DNA of 64,000 nt. It comes from Chara braunii (lineage: Eukaryota; Plantae; Charophyceae). The stretch covers positions 697,874 through 761,873 of the forward strand of contig BFEA01000004.1 in assembly GCA_003427395.1 (NCBI GenBank), written 5' to 3'. Below are positions 24,456 to 38,330 of this stretch, piece by piece; the stretch's first letter is position 1, and every line of letters starts with the position of its first letter. The position numbers were made by a program, and so were the translations under genes. The notes under the pieces were generated by a model. It was not told the DNA's origin. It saw nothing but the letters and a program-made list of their open reading frames with translations, and made no database searches.

Positions 24456-24879
24456 ATGTCATTCCGAGATGAGCAAGGGTGTCAGAAAGAGGCCTGAGAG
24501 TCAGATTGTAAGAGTTGGATCTTTTGTTATTGATGCTGCCGGCCGTAGCCACCCAGCCAGATGTATATAAACTTGCTTGTATAAGGCTGCGTTCTAGATG
24601 ACTTGAGTCCTCTTCGATTTCACCTTTGTGTGCTGTAAATTGCGCAACTCAGTTTGAACCTGAGATGCTCGCTGGTATGATGTTTGAAGGTCACGCTCAT
24701 GTGCAATCAACCAGTTCTGTGGTGGAAGGAGAACATTCCCTTGTCCAAAAGACCTCGCAGCAAAGGAGCTCTCGAGTTTGGGAACAAGTTGGAAGAAGCA
24801 TACTCTGTTCCCCTGTAATGCCTGTGCTAATCAAATGATCAATGCCATGCCAAGATTTAGGAGCCGATTACCCAAATCT

Positions 24880-24995
24880 GGATCCTCGCTTTCACCAAAT
24901 GCATAAAATGAGAATGAATCTTCCGCTAGAACACGGAAAAATGCACGCCATATTTTTCCTCCTTTGTGCATGCAATGAGTAGCGGAGAGAGGCCC
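24880..24995. mobile_element. MITE family B copy
   Basis: CCTCGCT..TCACCAAATG..GAATCTTCCGCTAGA..TGAGTAGCGGAGAGAGGCCC. Confidence 0.68.
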
Positions 24996-26053
24996 CTAGA
25001 GGTTTACCCAAACTTTCACGTGCATCGCTCTTCAGCTTGGTTACAAATTTGAAAATGATCAGCGAACCCATCCCCATGTGTCATATCGTCCCACTTGCAC
25101 ACAGCCAAAAGGCGAAGAGGCAAAGAAAAGATGAAGGGAAGAGCCAAATATAACAAACAGGGGGCAACAAGATCCTGGATGACAAGCCCCACATGTAAGC
25201 ACCGCCCCCAACTTCATAGGCCAAACGACGGAAGAAGACCAACCAGGATATCAAAACACTCTTGCCTGCAAAAAAGAAATCCCAAATACATATCTATATA
25301 CAGCAGATGGCCTTGTTCATCATCAAGATGTTGGTATTCCTTTTCGTAACCATTCATGCTCTCATATAGGCCGAACAACGAAAAAACCCAGATGACTATA
25401 TATTATTTTTTAATTTCTTTTAATCCTATTCTTTATCGCAATGTCTGCCCTTATATAGGTGGGTTCAGCAACTGATTTGTTCCCATTTTAACTACAGAGC
25501 CGTTTTTTTTTGTTCTTTTTTCTGCTTTCCATCACATGCCTGTTCGAATGCACGATCAGGAATACAATAAAGGTGGGCATGTTGATCATAGCAGACCTGC
25601 AGACAGAGCCCTATGTTGACCACGTGCTGTCCGTGACACAAAGCCTGCACAAGCTCTCTCCTATTGCAAATGGAGCTGCTGCTCATTTCGAACAACGAAC
25701 ACATACTGTGGGGAAAACTCCACACATCATCACATTAAAAACTGCTGGACCAGAGCATGCAATGCAACCACCTCTACCACAAGTCTCCTGCAAGGATCTA
25801 CAAGAAGAGTTGCCACGACCTTTTACAAAACACAGAGAAACACCACCCATCTGCACACTGGACAGGTCAGCATCATTTCAGAAGCTAAGCTAAATAGTAT
25901 GCCGAATCTGCGGAGATCACATTCAAGGCTGCAAGCTGCCGATCGCAGCGTTACGCCAAAGCCCATCCATTCATAACAGGAAAGCATTGCCAAAATTATC
26001 GATTCATTACAGGGGCCTTCCTGTATCCCAATTCAGCGCAACACAACAAATCA

Positions 26054-26720
<667 letters not shown>

Positions 26721-27635
26721 ACGGCCGAGAACACGACACAGAACAGGCCAAGCCAACCGAGCCCGCACCAAAACCACGCATCACAAATCCTCGACACGAA
26801 AGAAGCTCAGAGTAAAATCTTCCAGCAGAACCATTGCCAGCAGGACTACCACCATCTTCCCCCAAATACGTCGTACGTTCATTATTGCTGTTTCTAGAAT
26901 CAATGTTGCCTCAAATACAGATATAATAACGGTACACTGAATTCGGGTGAAGACGGTAGTCAATATGATTCAATTCATAAGCAGAGAGGCAGCCATAGCT
27001 AGATCCGATATCTTCGCAGAAATTCTCTTAAGATTGAAAAACGGATGGGTTTTCAACCACCAGGTCCTCTCAGTCTATTTTACCCAATGCGGAGTTTTGC
27101 CTGCTCCTAAGAAATCTGAACAACGATCTGCCTGCTGCTGCCAGCCTTTTCTGCAATAGGCATTCCGCGCACTTCCACAGCCCCATGCTAACCAGGTGGC
27201 GGTTTTCAAGAAGCTGGGGCAACAACTGCCGCTTTAAGATTTTCAATACCAAGAATGTCTCCAAAATCTACTCTTTATTTCACTCTCCATCGATTTATAC
27301 AGTACTTATACTCTTAGCGCCATTGCCGCAATCTATCCTTAGATTCCTTACCCATCGTAATAAGCTACATTGGAGTGCAAGAACGGAGGACCAAAAGAGA
27401 TGAATGCAGACCCAAAAGGGGCAAGAGTGCAATAAGCCGACGATGGCCTGAGCGAGGAGGTCATAAAGCATAAACGCCCTGTTGCTACTTCGGCGTAACT
27501 AGAATTACCAGAAGAAGGCTCTGCAGTGAACTCAATAACAGCAAACTACTAGCCCTCAATTCCCCCGTGGCATGACACAAAATAGGTGCCATCATGCAAC
27601 TCAAAATCACCCATATATTTAAAAATTAATAATAA

Positions 27636-27938
27636 GGGAAAATTTGTCTGGCGCCCCCGTAATTTCCATTATTTTGTGTCGCACCCCTCCAACGGCCAAC
27701 TTACCCTGTCGTGCCCCTGGGGGCTCTGAACTTTCCTGCATGCCCCTGTCAGTAAGGGGCGCAACTTTCTGTGGTGCTCTTACTGGACGGCCAGTCTCAT
27801 TTCCCTGGTCCCTGTGCAACATGCCCTCATGAGTGGCATACATCTTTCCATCATGCCCTCGCGCCAGAAATTCGGATTTGAAGCACGTGGCGTGGTTTTT
27901 GTGGCGCTGCCACAAAAAATGACCGTGTGTGTGTGTGA

Positions 27939-28006
<68 letters not shown>

Positions 28007-28033
28007 TGAAGTGGCCGTCATGAGTGCGTGCAC

Positions 28034-28120
<87 letters not shown>

Positions 28121-28439
28121 GAAGTGGCTGCCATGCACGTAGCCATAGAGGTGCGCTGAAAACCTGCACCCTACCAATAGGGGCATATGGAAAATTTTGG
28201 CCGATAGGGGCATATGGAAAATTTAGGCGCTGGTACACACTGGCTATCCGGTAGGGGCATACTGCAAATTTGGAATGGGTACCGGTAGGGGCATAACAAA
28301 AATATTTCAGGCCCAGCCGACACCGGGGTTTTATGGGAAATTTGAATCGTGGTCAGAGGGGCACGACAGGGTAAGTGGGCCGTTGGAGGGGCGCAACACA
28401 AAATAATGGAAATTACAGGGGTGCCAGACAAATTTTCCC
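27636..28439. mobile_element. Mutator-like non-autonomous element in Rab6 intron 2
   Basis: ~80-bp TIRs starting GGGAAAATTTGTCTGGC; 9-bp TSD TAATAATAA/TAAAAATAA. Confidence 0.8.
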
Positions 28440-28753
28440 TAAAAATAATAATAATATAAAAAAACACCCATATAAACTATGCTTGAAACTAGCTGCAGGC
28501 AGTCAGGTGGTCCCCACACAATAGCAGACAGACCAGTGGATGGGAAGATTTATTTCAAGTGCTGCAAGTGTCTTGTCAGAAATCTCCACAACAACAACGC
28601 CACAACTGTGACAAGAGGCAGGCCGGGCAATCACCAAGACGCTGTGAGATAGGGGTTCAAAAAAGCCCCCCGGGGGGGGGGAGGGGAGGAGAAACTTGAG
28701 ACGACAAAAAAATATACTCTGTTTGGAACCTCATATCAAGTTCAAACACTCAC

Positions 28754-28824
28754 CAGAGCTGCAGCCGGACCGTTCTGTCTTCCAGGTACATGGTTTTCGA
28801 AAGGAAGTCTATCCCAATGGTAGC
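28754..28824 (-). CDS. RAB6: Rab6/RabH1 exon 2
   Basis: ctgcag| acceptor; [23 protein letters not shown](W) (switch I and RabF motifs); TG|gtgagt donor; 71 nt. Confidence 0.96.
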
Positions 28825-29082
28825 CTGCAGAAGTTGCACAGATGGAACGATAAGAACGAGGGAAAGAGGAGCAGCTGCAAAATCAGCAGATGAAAGGAAG
28901 GGACAGGGTGAAACCAGGACATCGCACAGATTTGCGAGAAGGAGAGAGAGAGAGAGACAATTAGTTGAGACAGAGAGGGTAATAACGGCAAAAAGAAACA
29001 CGAAAAGAAAATGAAAACAGGGGCAGTAGGCGAGAAACGGAACCAGGAGAGGTGGAGGTCATCAGGAATCTAATCTGAGGCT

Positions 29083-29257
29083 TTTTTAAAAAAAAAAAAA
29101 AAAAAAAAGGGCGACGGCCTTGAGATATCATCATTAAACTGACCGGCGCCAGGTAATTCAGAATGATTTTATTCTGGTGATCTGATTGTATCTGGCTTCG
29201 AACTTGGGTCTGTATTTCAACAGTTCATGGGTGTACCAACTGAGCTAGGCCCATTGG
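29083..29257 (-). mobile_element. tRNA-derived SINE family 1 with 12-bp TSD
   Basis: Minus strand GGGCCTAGCTCAGTTGGTACA...AAGTTCGAAGCC...CGCCC(T)n(A)n; TSD TAATCTGAGGCT at 29071-29082 and 29258-29269. Confidence 0.82.
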
Positions 29258-29628
29258 TAATCTGAGGCTATATTTGACAATGCAATGGAACAGGTATTTT
29301 GTGCATCCTGGAATCTTTGTTGCAATCGTTGATGATGCACACGAGGTTCGTCGTTTTCTGCTCTTTCATCCTCTCGATCTCTTCTTCACCTTCCCTTCTT
29401 CGCTTTTCGTTTCCCCATGTTCCATGTCCCCACCCGTGCCACCGTTCCTTCCTTTCTCCGTCGCTTGTTGTTCCCCCTAGACCCGACCCTTCCGCAATTT
29501 TTAACCTCAGGTAACCTAACGGTCGCCCACATATACTTGCTCCATCCGCGTGCATATATCGAAGTAGCCTCCATCCGCGTGCATTGTCGAAGTAGCCTCC
29601 ATCCGCGTGCATATATCGAAGCAGCCTA

Positions 29629-29733
29629 CCGTCTTCCCCCGAACATAACGCACCCTGATAATGAATGCATACAAGTTATCTTTCCGGTCCTATACAGCCA
29701 AAATGAGCGTGGGTTGTGTTTGGGGGAAGACGG
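29629..29733. mobile_element. 105-bp MITE family A
   Basis: TA|CCGTCTTCCCCCGAACATAACGCAC ... GTGTTTGGGGGAAGACGG|TA. Confidence 0.82.
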
Positions 29734-30492
29734 TAGTAGCCTACTTGAACCTCTCTCTCTCTTAGTATGTATGCTATACGCTGTAGGAACCTAAATCTAC
29801 GTGAGGCGTATGATGCATTGCTAAAACAATGCCAGACAAATATGATTATGATTATCTGGATTAAAACCAAATAAATACCACCAATAGCTGAGATTGCTAG
29901 GACTTGGCTAATCTACCACATGGAATTGTTGACTGTANAAAAAAAAAAAAAAAAAAAAAAAAAAACACCTTCCCGTAGTACTCTTTCCCCTCTTCTCTCT
30001 CTTCCTCTCATTTTCTCTCCTGCTCGCCTCTGTTGATCTCAGACGTATCTAACTGCTTTTCCAGTCCATCACATTCTCATGCTCGCTCTCTCCTTCATAA
30101 GCAAATTGCCTACCCTCACAAGCAAGTAATGAGAAAGATAGGAGGTGTACAAAAATCCCTAATCAATCGGACATCACCACTCCATATTTGTCTGAACCTG
30201 AGACCGAGTACATAAGAAGCACGCTCTCTCCTTCGTACGTAAGAAACACGAAATAACTTAACTTATTTTGTATATACGGGGAACGAGATCGTCCTGTCAG
30301 ATAGAGTACATCGATCTCTCACTCGGGTCAATTTAACTCTTTTCTTGATATAAGTTGGATAACCTGAGAGCATATGCATAACAGATTTGATTAGGAAGAG
30401 CTGCTTACCTTTCGACAGGACGGTATTCCCAGTAGTTTGAGAGAACCAAAGTCCGAAAAAAACGCCACGCCGCACAGTCAGAATGTACCTTC

Positions 30493-30612
30493 GGGCCTCG
30501 CTCTACTACTCACCAAATGTGCAAAATGAGAGTGAATCTTCAGCTAGAACATTGAGTTGCACCGCCATAACTTTTGTCGTTTGTGAATGTGGTGAGTAGT
30601 GGAGCGAGGCCC
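30493..30612. mobile_element. ~120-bp MITE family B (Tourist/Harbinger-like)
   Basis: TIR GGGCCTCGCTCTACTACTCACCA / TGGTGAGTAGTGGAGCGAGGCCC followed by TTA; three further copies in the window. Confidence 0.78.
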
Positions 30613-30917
30613 TTAGCCTCTCAAAGTATCGGTGAAGACGGGCACTTTTGCTATTTGCACATCCTCTGACACCTCAACTTCTTGTGGGAGAATTTTCACA
30701 ATCTGCACCAAAAAAAAAAAAGGTTCCGCCAGACTCTCTCACGGCAATCTTGTTCTTTTTCCATCCGTCTCTCAAATTCCGAGAGAGAGATGAACAATCA
30801 ACACCATCGGCGTCAGAGCTTGAGACTGCCCAATCAGTTCTTCTACCTCACTTGCCGAAAAACGAAACCCATTGATCGAAGAGGGAGGGAAGAAAACGAA
30901 AACGACCAAACTGCTAC

Positions 30918-31125
30918 CCATAGATTTCTTCTCATATTCAGATCAGACCTGGACTTCTGCAATTCTTTACCCATTGTTTGGTTTCTTCCCATAGATTTCT
31001 TCTCATATTGAGATCAGATCTGGACTATTGCTTCCTTTCAATATATTGTACTATTCAGATCAGACCTAGATTTTTGCTTCCTTTCTATATATTGTATTGT
31101 ACTATTCAGATCAGACCTGGATTTA
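30918..31125. repeat. Imperfect minisatellite
   Basis: TATTCAGATCAGACCTGGA-like unit x4. Confidence 0.7.
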
Positions 31126-31249
31126 TATTTCCTTCGCATATACTTTCTCTCATTTACAGAACAGACCCATAACCAATCCCATTGTCTCGTTACTCTCCAT
31201 GTATTTTCTAACAGGTAATGCACCCTCTGACCAGATGGAAGCCATAGCA

Positions 31250-33500
31250 AGCGGACGAGAAGAAGGCAAGGCGAGCATCAGGATCAACAGTGACTGCTCA
31301 AGGAGGAGCGGGGGGGGGGGAGGAGGGAGGGGGCACGAGACTTTTCAAACGCATATGAGAGAGACAGGAAACGTCGGAACAAAAACAACAACCTTCGAAG
31401 AGATGACGGCCGAAAAAAGGAGTTTGACCAGATAATAAAGAGGCCGAAAAAAGGAGTTTGACCAAATAGAAAAAGAAGACTGAGTTGAGGCCAGTGGAGA
31501 CGAAGACAGGAGAGCGGAGGGAAGAGTAAGGGACACGTCACGGGGAAGCGAAGAGCGGACGGTGAAGCTCATGGAAGCCAAATGTTTCTGTTTTTCAGAA
31601 ATCGTAGGTGTTGTCCTTGGCTCTTCGAGGAGAAACAAAGCGGAATTCGAATGGAAGCCAGGAGGGGAGAAGAGCAAGAGCGTTCCTGAAGTGGGAAATG
31701 AAGAGAGGAATTCACCGGAGTGAAGATCGGTTAAGTACATAGTGGCGTGCGAGAGACGTGCAAGGCATGCATCGGACGGTTGGGGATAATCAAAAAGGGA
31801 TAACAAAGGAGGAAGGGACCAAAATGTACTGAAGTTTGTGTAAGGCGCGCAATCGATGATTGGGCATAATCGAAGGGATAACAAGGGATAACTAACGACG
31901 AAGAGAATTAACAGGAGAACAAATCTGCAAGCGTAAGACGCGTTCGGGGGGGGGGGGGGTATAATCGTGAAAGGGGGAGCCTGAGGAAAAAATAAAAACA
32001 GGCGTCGCCTAAAAGGGGGACACTCGGTTGCCAGAGCTTCTAAAGGAACCAAGTAACACGGGGAAATGGGAGAGAGAGTTTTGTGTGGAGTGAAAAAGGG
32101 GCAAGGAAGCATGAAGTGCAGGAGGAACGACGATGCGCGCAGGGCGCACGAGGAGAGGTCACAAGGAGAAGATCAGTGAAGTGAAGTGAACTGAAGTGAT
32201 CATTCTAGGATGGAGTGAGGTGATGAGTGAAGGAAGGTGATGATGGATTCAGTAAAGGGAGACAGAACAAGGGAGTGGAAGAGAAAAATTCGAAAAATAT
32301 AATTGCACTTCCCTGATAAGTGTCCGGCAGAGTACAAGGGAGAATGTACAAAAAATGTAGGAGGGAAAAAACGTAAGAGACGTGAGGAGGGAAGGAATGA
32401 GAGAGAAAATGAACGTAGGAGGGAATCACATCACATGAGGGGTTAGCAGCCAGAAAAGCACGGAGCAAGGAGGAGGAGTGAGCAAAACGAAAGTAGGAAG
32501 CAGGGTCGACAGAGCAGAGAAAAAAGAAGAGCGCGGACGTGAAAGTGAAAGCGTGACGTGTGATGGGGGCAAGTAAAGGGGAAACGTATTACTAATAGAG
32601 TAAACGAGAAAACGAGAAGGCAAAGCGGAGTGTCGAGGGTAGTAGAAAGGTGAGCACAGTCAAAAGTGGAGGAGAGCGGATGGCTTGTGAAGCAAGCAGC
32701 GCGAAAGCAAGGGGGGAGCTCGAAGAGTTAAGAGTGGGCGGTTGAGGTAGAAGGCTGGGGATAACAACATACCATTCGAAGAAGAGTAGTATAGCACCTA
32801 CGACAGCGCCTACTGTAGGACAGCAGAGAAACGGGCGTGAAGGCAGAAGAAGCGTAGAGTAGAGTAGAGTAGAGAGACAAAGGAGATGGACGAAAAGTCG
32901 GAAGGAGGGTGCGGAAGGTGGAGAGGGTTAAAGAAGCGTGAAGGGGAAGTAGAGGAGAAAGAAAAAAAAGGTGAACGGAGAATTGAGGGGGGATGTAGAG
33001 GGTTAAAAAAGGGTAAGGTAAACGGAAATAAACAAAAACTAGGGGGAGGGGTGAAAAAACAGATGATCGTCCTTCGGGACATCCGTTAAAATTGTAACGA
33101 CACAGAGAAGATTAGCATGGCCCCTGCGCAAGGATGACACGCATAAATCGAGAAATGGTCCAAATTAAAAAAAAAGAAAACAGATGATCGAAGGCGAGAA
33201 AGAGGGAGAGAACGGGGAGAGTGGGCGGGAAGTGGGGAGAGCGGCGGGGAAAGTGAGGAGAGCGATGAAGAGAGTAAAGAGGAGAGTGAAGGGGACAATG
33301 GCGAGAGCGAGGGAAGACAAAGTGGGCTATATAACGGAGTGCGTCAAAGGAACGAAGCAGAGTAGAAAAAAAAGTAACAAGCAGAGTGTGTAGGAAACAG
33401 CCTACGAGTAGTCGGAATGAAAATAGGAAGAGGGGGGCAAGGACTGTAGCCAGGAGAGCTCAAGGCAACGGAGCCAAGGCGTAGGGGAGAGCAGTAGAGC
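31250..33500 (-). mobile_element. Highly decayed LINE ORF2 relic (hosts the U6 retrocopy)
   Basis: Strong purine bias on the plus strand and a remnant VLAPLF-like RT motif near 33.4 kb on the minus strand; boundaries approximate. Confidence 0.4.
33069..33176 (+). pseudogene. U6 snRNA processed pseudogene
   Basis: Full U6 body with ACAGAGA box and ISL (ATTAGCATGGCCCCTGCGCAAGGATGACACGC); poly(A) in place of the U-tail; TSD AAAACAGATGATC at 33056-33068 and 33177-33189. Confidence 0.92.
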
Positions 33501-33508
33501 GTCGACTA

Positions 33509-33613
33509 CCGTCTTCCCCCGAACATAACGCACGCTAAAAATAAACGTAAACAAGCTATATTCTCGGCCAGATACAGCCAAAATGAGGGTGCGTTGTGTT
33601 GGGGGGAAGACGG
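33509..33613. mobile_element. 105-bp MITE family A
   Basis: TA|CCGTCTTCCCCCGAACATAACGCAC ... GTGCGTTGTGTTGGGGGGAAGACGG|TA. Confidence 0.82.
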
Positions 33614-33750
33614 TAGAAGTGCGTTTAAGGATAAAAAGTGACTGAAGGCGGGTAGTGCACGAGCACGGAGGGGAGAGGTGGCAGAGGAACGAATTAGAGT
33701 AAATAGAAAGGTTTGAAGAGAGAGAGGACAGAAGGAAAGGAAAACTTTCA

Positions 33751-33873
33751 CGACCTCGCTCCCCTACTCACCAAACGTGCAAAATGAAGAATGAATCTTC
33801 CGCTAGATCATGCAAACATACGCCGCCATAAATTTTGTCCTTTGTGCATGTGGTGAGTGGTGGAGCGAGGCCC
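33751..33873. mobile_element. MITE family B copy
   Basis: CCTCGCTCCCCTACTCACCA ... TGGTGAGTGGTGGAGCGAGGCCC. Confidence 0.72.
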
Positions 33874-34879
33874 GAAAAAAAGCGCATATATAAAAATGAA
33901 TCAAGTTTTTCTTGTTTTCCTTGTTTCTTTCGTTTTTCGCTTTGGCGCTCTGATATCATGTGACAATATATACACTCAAGCGGGCAAGAGTTCTTGTACC
34001 GGAGTGACCGACGAGGCGGGGAAGAAAGGATGAAGGAGAAAACCTAGGGAGTAGGATTTTGCTCGAAGCGAAGAACATAACCCCCACTGCAGACGTGAGA
34101 CGCGTTTTTTTCGCATCTAAAAAAAAAAAAAAAAAAAAAGTTATCGCTCTCAGAGAAGAGTCCGAACATGAAAACGAGTTTTCCTTTTCAAGTAGAGAAG
34201 AGAAAGAGAAGAAGATAATCAATTTTCCTATTTCCAGTTGCCGAACCACGGACGAGAAAATGCTAAGTGAGTTTATTGGGGTCAAGACCCCCTGGGGAGA
34301 GACAGGAAGAGGCAGGAAGGGGTCAAGACCGCCTGGAGAGAGACAAGAAGAGGGGTATGACCGACCCCCTTCAGATGAAAAGGGTCAATTTTTTTTTTAC
34401 CCTAGATCGTGAAGAACGGCTTGGATTCAACACAAGTAGAATCAATCGCGGTTTTCCTCGATTGGAGGATGGATACTGAAACAGGAAAAGGGAGGTGCAC
34501 TTTGGGTGGAGGGTTACCTTCAGAGACAAAAATGCCAGGGACATGAGAGCGCCAACAACTTTTGCCCGACCAACAATTTTTGCCCGACGAAACGTCGGCC
34601 ATACTAATACAGTCTTCGGCCCGCATTTAACCCCCCCCTCTGTTAATGCACTTGCCCGGTTAAACTCCCTGACGTAAATCAAGGCTTGATAAATCCACCA
34701 AGGGATGATAAACGTAAATCAAGGGTTGATAAATGGGGAAGGACGATCGCCACTCCCATCACAGCGAGGTTGGTGCCTCCCCAATACAACAATCACTCCT
34801 ATGCTGGCGTGAGACAGGAGAGTGACGCTCGTAAACCTAAGCGAACGCTATCCATAGCGACCAACTCGCCTCCTCGTCG

Positions 34880-35480
34880 CACACGGACGTCAGTTCCACG
34901 TGCGTGTGCGACGTCCGTGCAGGACGACGGAGTGAGGTCAGTTCCACGTGCGTGTGCGCCGTCCGTGCAGAATGACGGAGTGAGGTCAGTTCCACGTGCG
35001 CACACGGACGTCAGTTCCACGTGCGCAGCGCACCAGCTCGACTCGCTCGACTCGCTCGACTCGTCATTGCGTGCCCTACCTATCTCGTAAGACCCGCCAT
35101 TCCCTTACCCGACCTTGCTATAAGTGCTAAGCACGACCAAGTACGACTAAGTAAGAATGTATGTGCTTAGTACGACTGAGTACGATTTGCTAAGTACGGC
35201 CAAATACGACGTGCTTAGTCGTACGGGCAAATACGACGTGCTTAGTCTTACGGCCAAATAGGACGTGCTTAGTACGACTAAGTACAAATACAGAGCGCAC
35301 CATCAACACGTCAGTGCTTTTTGCATTTGATGGAAGCCATGGCGTGTCTCTCTTTCCACAGCCCAGCCATGGCGATTTATCCGGGACAGGAAAACGTTTT
35401 CCAGCATACATAACAGTCCGTCAACCAGATGCATCCGACGTGCTAAGTACGACCGAGTACGACGTGCTTAGTGCGAATAA
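34880..35480. repeat. Tandem and inverted short-repeat block in Rab6 intron 1
   Basis: 48-bp GTCAGTTCCACGTGCG... units, then many CTAAGTACGAC / CGTGCTTAG motifs. Confidence 0.7.
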
Positions 35481-36398
35481 GTGCGCGACGGGACAAAGAG
35501 ATCGTCCCTGCGACTTGAGTTTCAGACGGCCTTTCGCCTTCGTTTGACAAATAATATCGCCTCAACGACACGAAGAACGGGATGTACAGCTGGGATGGAA
35601 AGCGCGGGAATAGAGAACGATAGAACGATAGAAAGACTTCAAGCCAGGCCTCCGAGTTCCTCCGAGTTCGTCACCGTCAATATACATACACCCATAACAA
35701 GAGAGAAAGAGGAGGGCCACCGTCAATAAACACCCATAGCGAGAGAGAAAGGGGAGGAACCAAGGGACAAAGAACAAAGTAATCGCCAGGTCATCAATCA
35801 ACCGGTGAACAAACTTCTGTTCATATTTTTCTGGAAAGCTCAACCTTGAGAAACCCACTCTTGATAGCATGAGACAGTACGATAGTGGCAAACAATAGAG
35901 ATCTGCCAAGAAAATACAAGAAATCAAACAATCGAGATCTGCTTAGGCCAGTAGGGGTCAGTAAGTCACCACCAAAACGAAGCTGGTAAGGGTAGGAGGT
36001 GCCTAGACGACCCCGGGCGAATCGAGTTAAGCCCCTGAACAAAAGGGGGGATAAGAGGAGATCGAATGATTGATTGAGAGAGAGAGAGAGAGGGGGGGGG
36101 GCGGGGGAGATGAAAGTCGACCTTGCTCCTGGGGAAGAGGAAGAGAAAGAAAGGGTATTGACTTTGCGATTAGTCAAGAAGAAGGAATGTACAAGCAAGC
36201 AAAATGACAGCAATGACCGCAAAAAATGATGCGCACCCTTCTATCGCCCATTCAAGAATAAGAATGGAAAAAACTCATCTGACTGACACCGTGACACGCA
36301 ACCCGCCGACTTCAAGGGATAGTCGTCTGATTGCAGAACAGAAAGATCGGAAAGACATACATGAGGGTTAACAGAGGAGGACGAACCAGGCGGGCTTT

Positions 36399-36466
36399 GC
36401 TTAGTTGGTACACCCATGAACTGTTTTGAAATACGAATCAGACCCAAGTTCGAATCCAGATACGAA
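36399..36466 (+). mobile_element. SINE family 1 head fragment
   Basis: GCTTAGTTGGTACACCCATGAACTG...CAGACCCAAGTTCGAATCCAGATAC. Confidence 0.62.
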
Positions 36467-36559
36467 CAGAGGTGGAAAACAAATGGACGAGTAGTAGTCG
36501 TAAACAGAGATTAAAATAAAGGGCGAGACAGAAAATGAACTTACAAAGTGAGCGAATCA

Positions 36560-36916
<357 letters not shown>

Positions 36917-37817
36917 CTAAACGAAGGAGATCGACGCGCACAGCTGTCGTCAAAGGTCGTTCGTCGTTGCCGTTTGCTTGATGGGGGAGAGAAGTGCCTG
37001 GACACAAGACGCGCGCAAGTCAGGGGCGTGATTTTAGGGGAACACGCGCGAAATGAATCTTCTCCGCCCGGGTCCGGGTCGCACATGCACAGTGTAGTTG
37101 TAGGAAACTACACTGTGCGACGGGCGGAAGCAGCGAAGCGGCAAACTGGCAAAGTGCAAAGTGGCAAAGCGAAAACGAAAAGACGAAACTTGTCTGTATG
37201 TCCAAAAGGGAGACCGCGGCTGTAAAGTGAACCCTTGAAAGACAGTCTCGTGAGTATTGACCGGAGAAGGGGGGGGGGAGGGGAGGGCTCCGCTAAGCGC
37301 TGCATTACCGGCGCGCGAGCCTGCCGAGGAGACAATAGTCGTAGCGGCATCTCTCCTTGATAACACAGCGTCAACACTGCGTCGACGGAGTTCGTGTTCA
37401 CCGTATTCTCGCGGCCTGGGATATCGAGGAGGGTAGTAGCCGTGCCTAAACGCACTTCGCACTTCGGTTGTGTGTTACTTCTTTTTTGTTTTTTGTTTTT
37501 TGTTTTGCTGTTGTTCTTTTTGCTATTGCTATATTCTTGTCTCAATCCATCTATGTACTCATCTTTCTCAGCTATCTCATCCTCTCGCTAGTCTATGTAT
37601 GTGTAGTACGCACCAACCAACCCGCATCTCTCCCCAGCCCACGGGGTAGGTTTGCACCACAGGAGTGGTGCGAGAGCAAGGCTGTACCAGCCCCTCGTGT
37701 TACTTGTTTGCCTTTCGGATTCACCGGTTGCCATCGAGTTGGAGTCAAACGCTGCAGCTTCTTGTGCTTTGTACTCGAGAGCAAGGCTGTACCAGCCCCT
37801 CGTGTTACTTGCTCGTT

Positions 37818-38330
37818 GGCCTGTGGCTCAGCGGGTAAGGTACTCCTGCATTGTTGTCAATGCGCATTGTGGTCTGAAGTTGCGGGTTCAAAACTCTGAC
37901 CTTTGTGCAGAGACACCGGCAGGCTTTTACATAACACAGTCACTTGCATAACCCCTTGAGCTGACACAGGTAAGCTATTACAGACACTGCCTGCCCACCA
38001 CCCCAAGGGTTTGTCCATGGTGGTGTAAGTGAGGTCTTAGACTATGGTTTTCTTGCGGTTCTTGGCCCATGGTTGTTCTGATAATTGTGCAGTTGTTTCC
38101 CTGTCTCATACAGCGCATCAACCAGACTAGTTGTCACTGTAGCTCAATAGGTTTGAGCTGAGGATTGCATGGAAGAGTTGACAGTTCGAAATCGGATCAC
38201 ATTGAACTAATAGATATACAGTGTTGTTGTCTATCCTCCTTGTCCATGGTCACGGGTATCTTAGTCTAACGGAACGGGCTCCAGGTATTCGCCCTGGGTT
38301 CAGTTGTGACTTGTGATAAGCGAGGCTCTG
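37818..38330 (+). mobile_element. SINE family 2 with two tRNA-like modules, upstream of Rab6
   Basis: TGGCTCAGCGG...GGTTCAAAAC; second module TAGCTCAATAGG...GTTCGAAATC; shares CTATTACAGACACTGCCTGC..CCAAGGGT with the 54.3-kb copy; 3' end approximate. Confidence 0.5.

Noticed and set aside
30918-31125. Repeat-spacer-like array resembling CRISPR (also at 26.3 and 50.8 kb)
   Set aside because: Eukaryotic context, spacers related to each other and irregular in length, and no cas genes; these are minisatellites.
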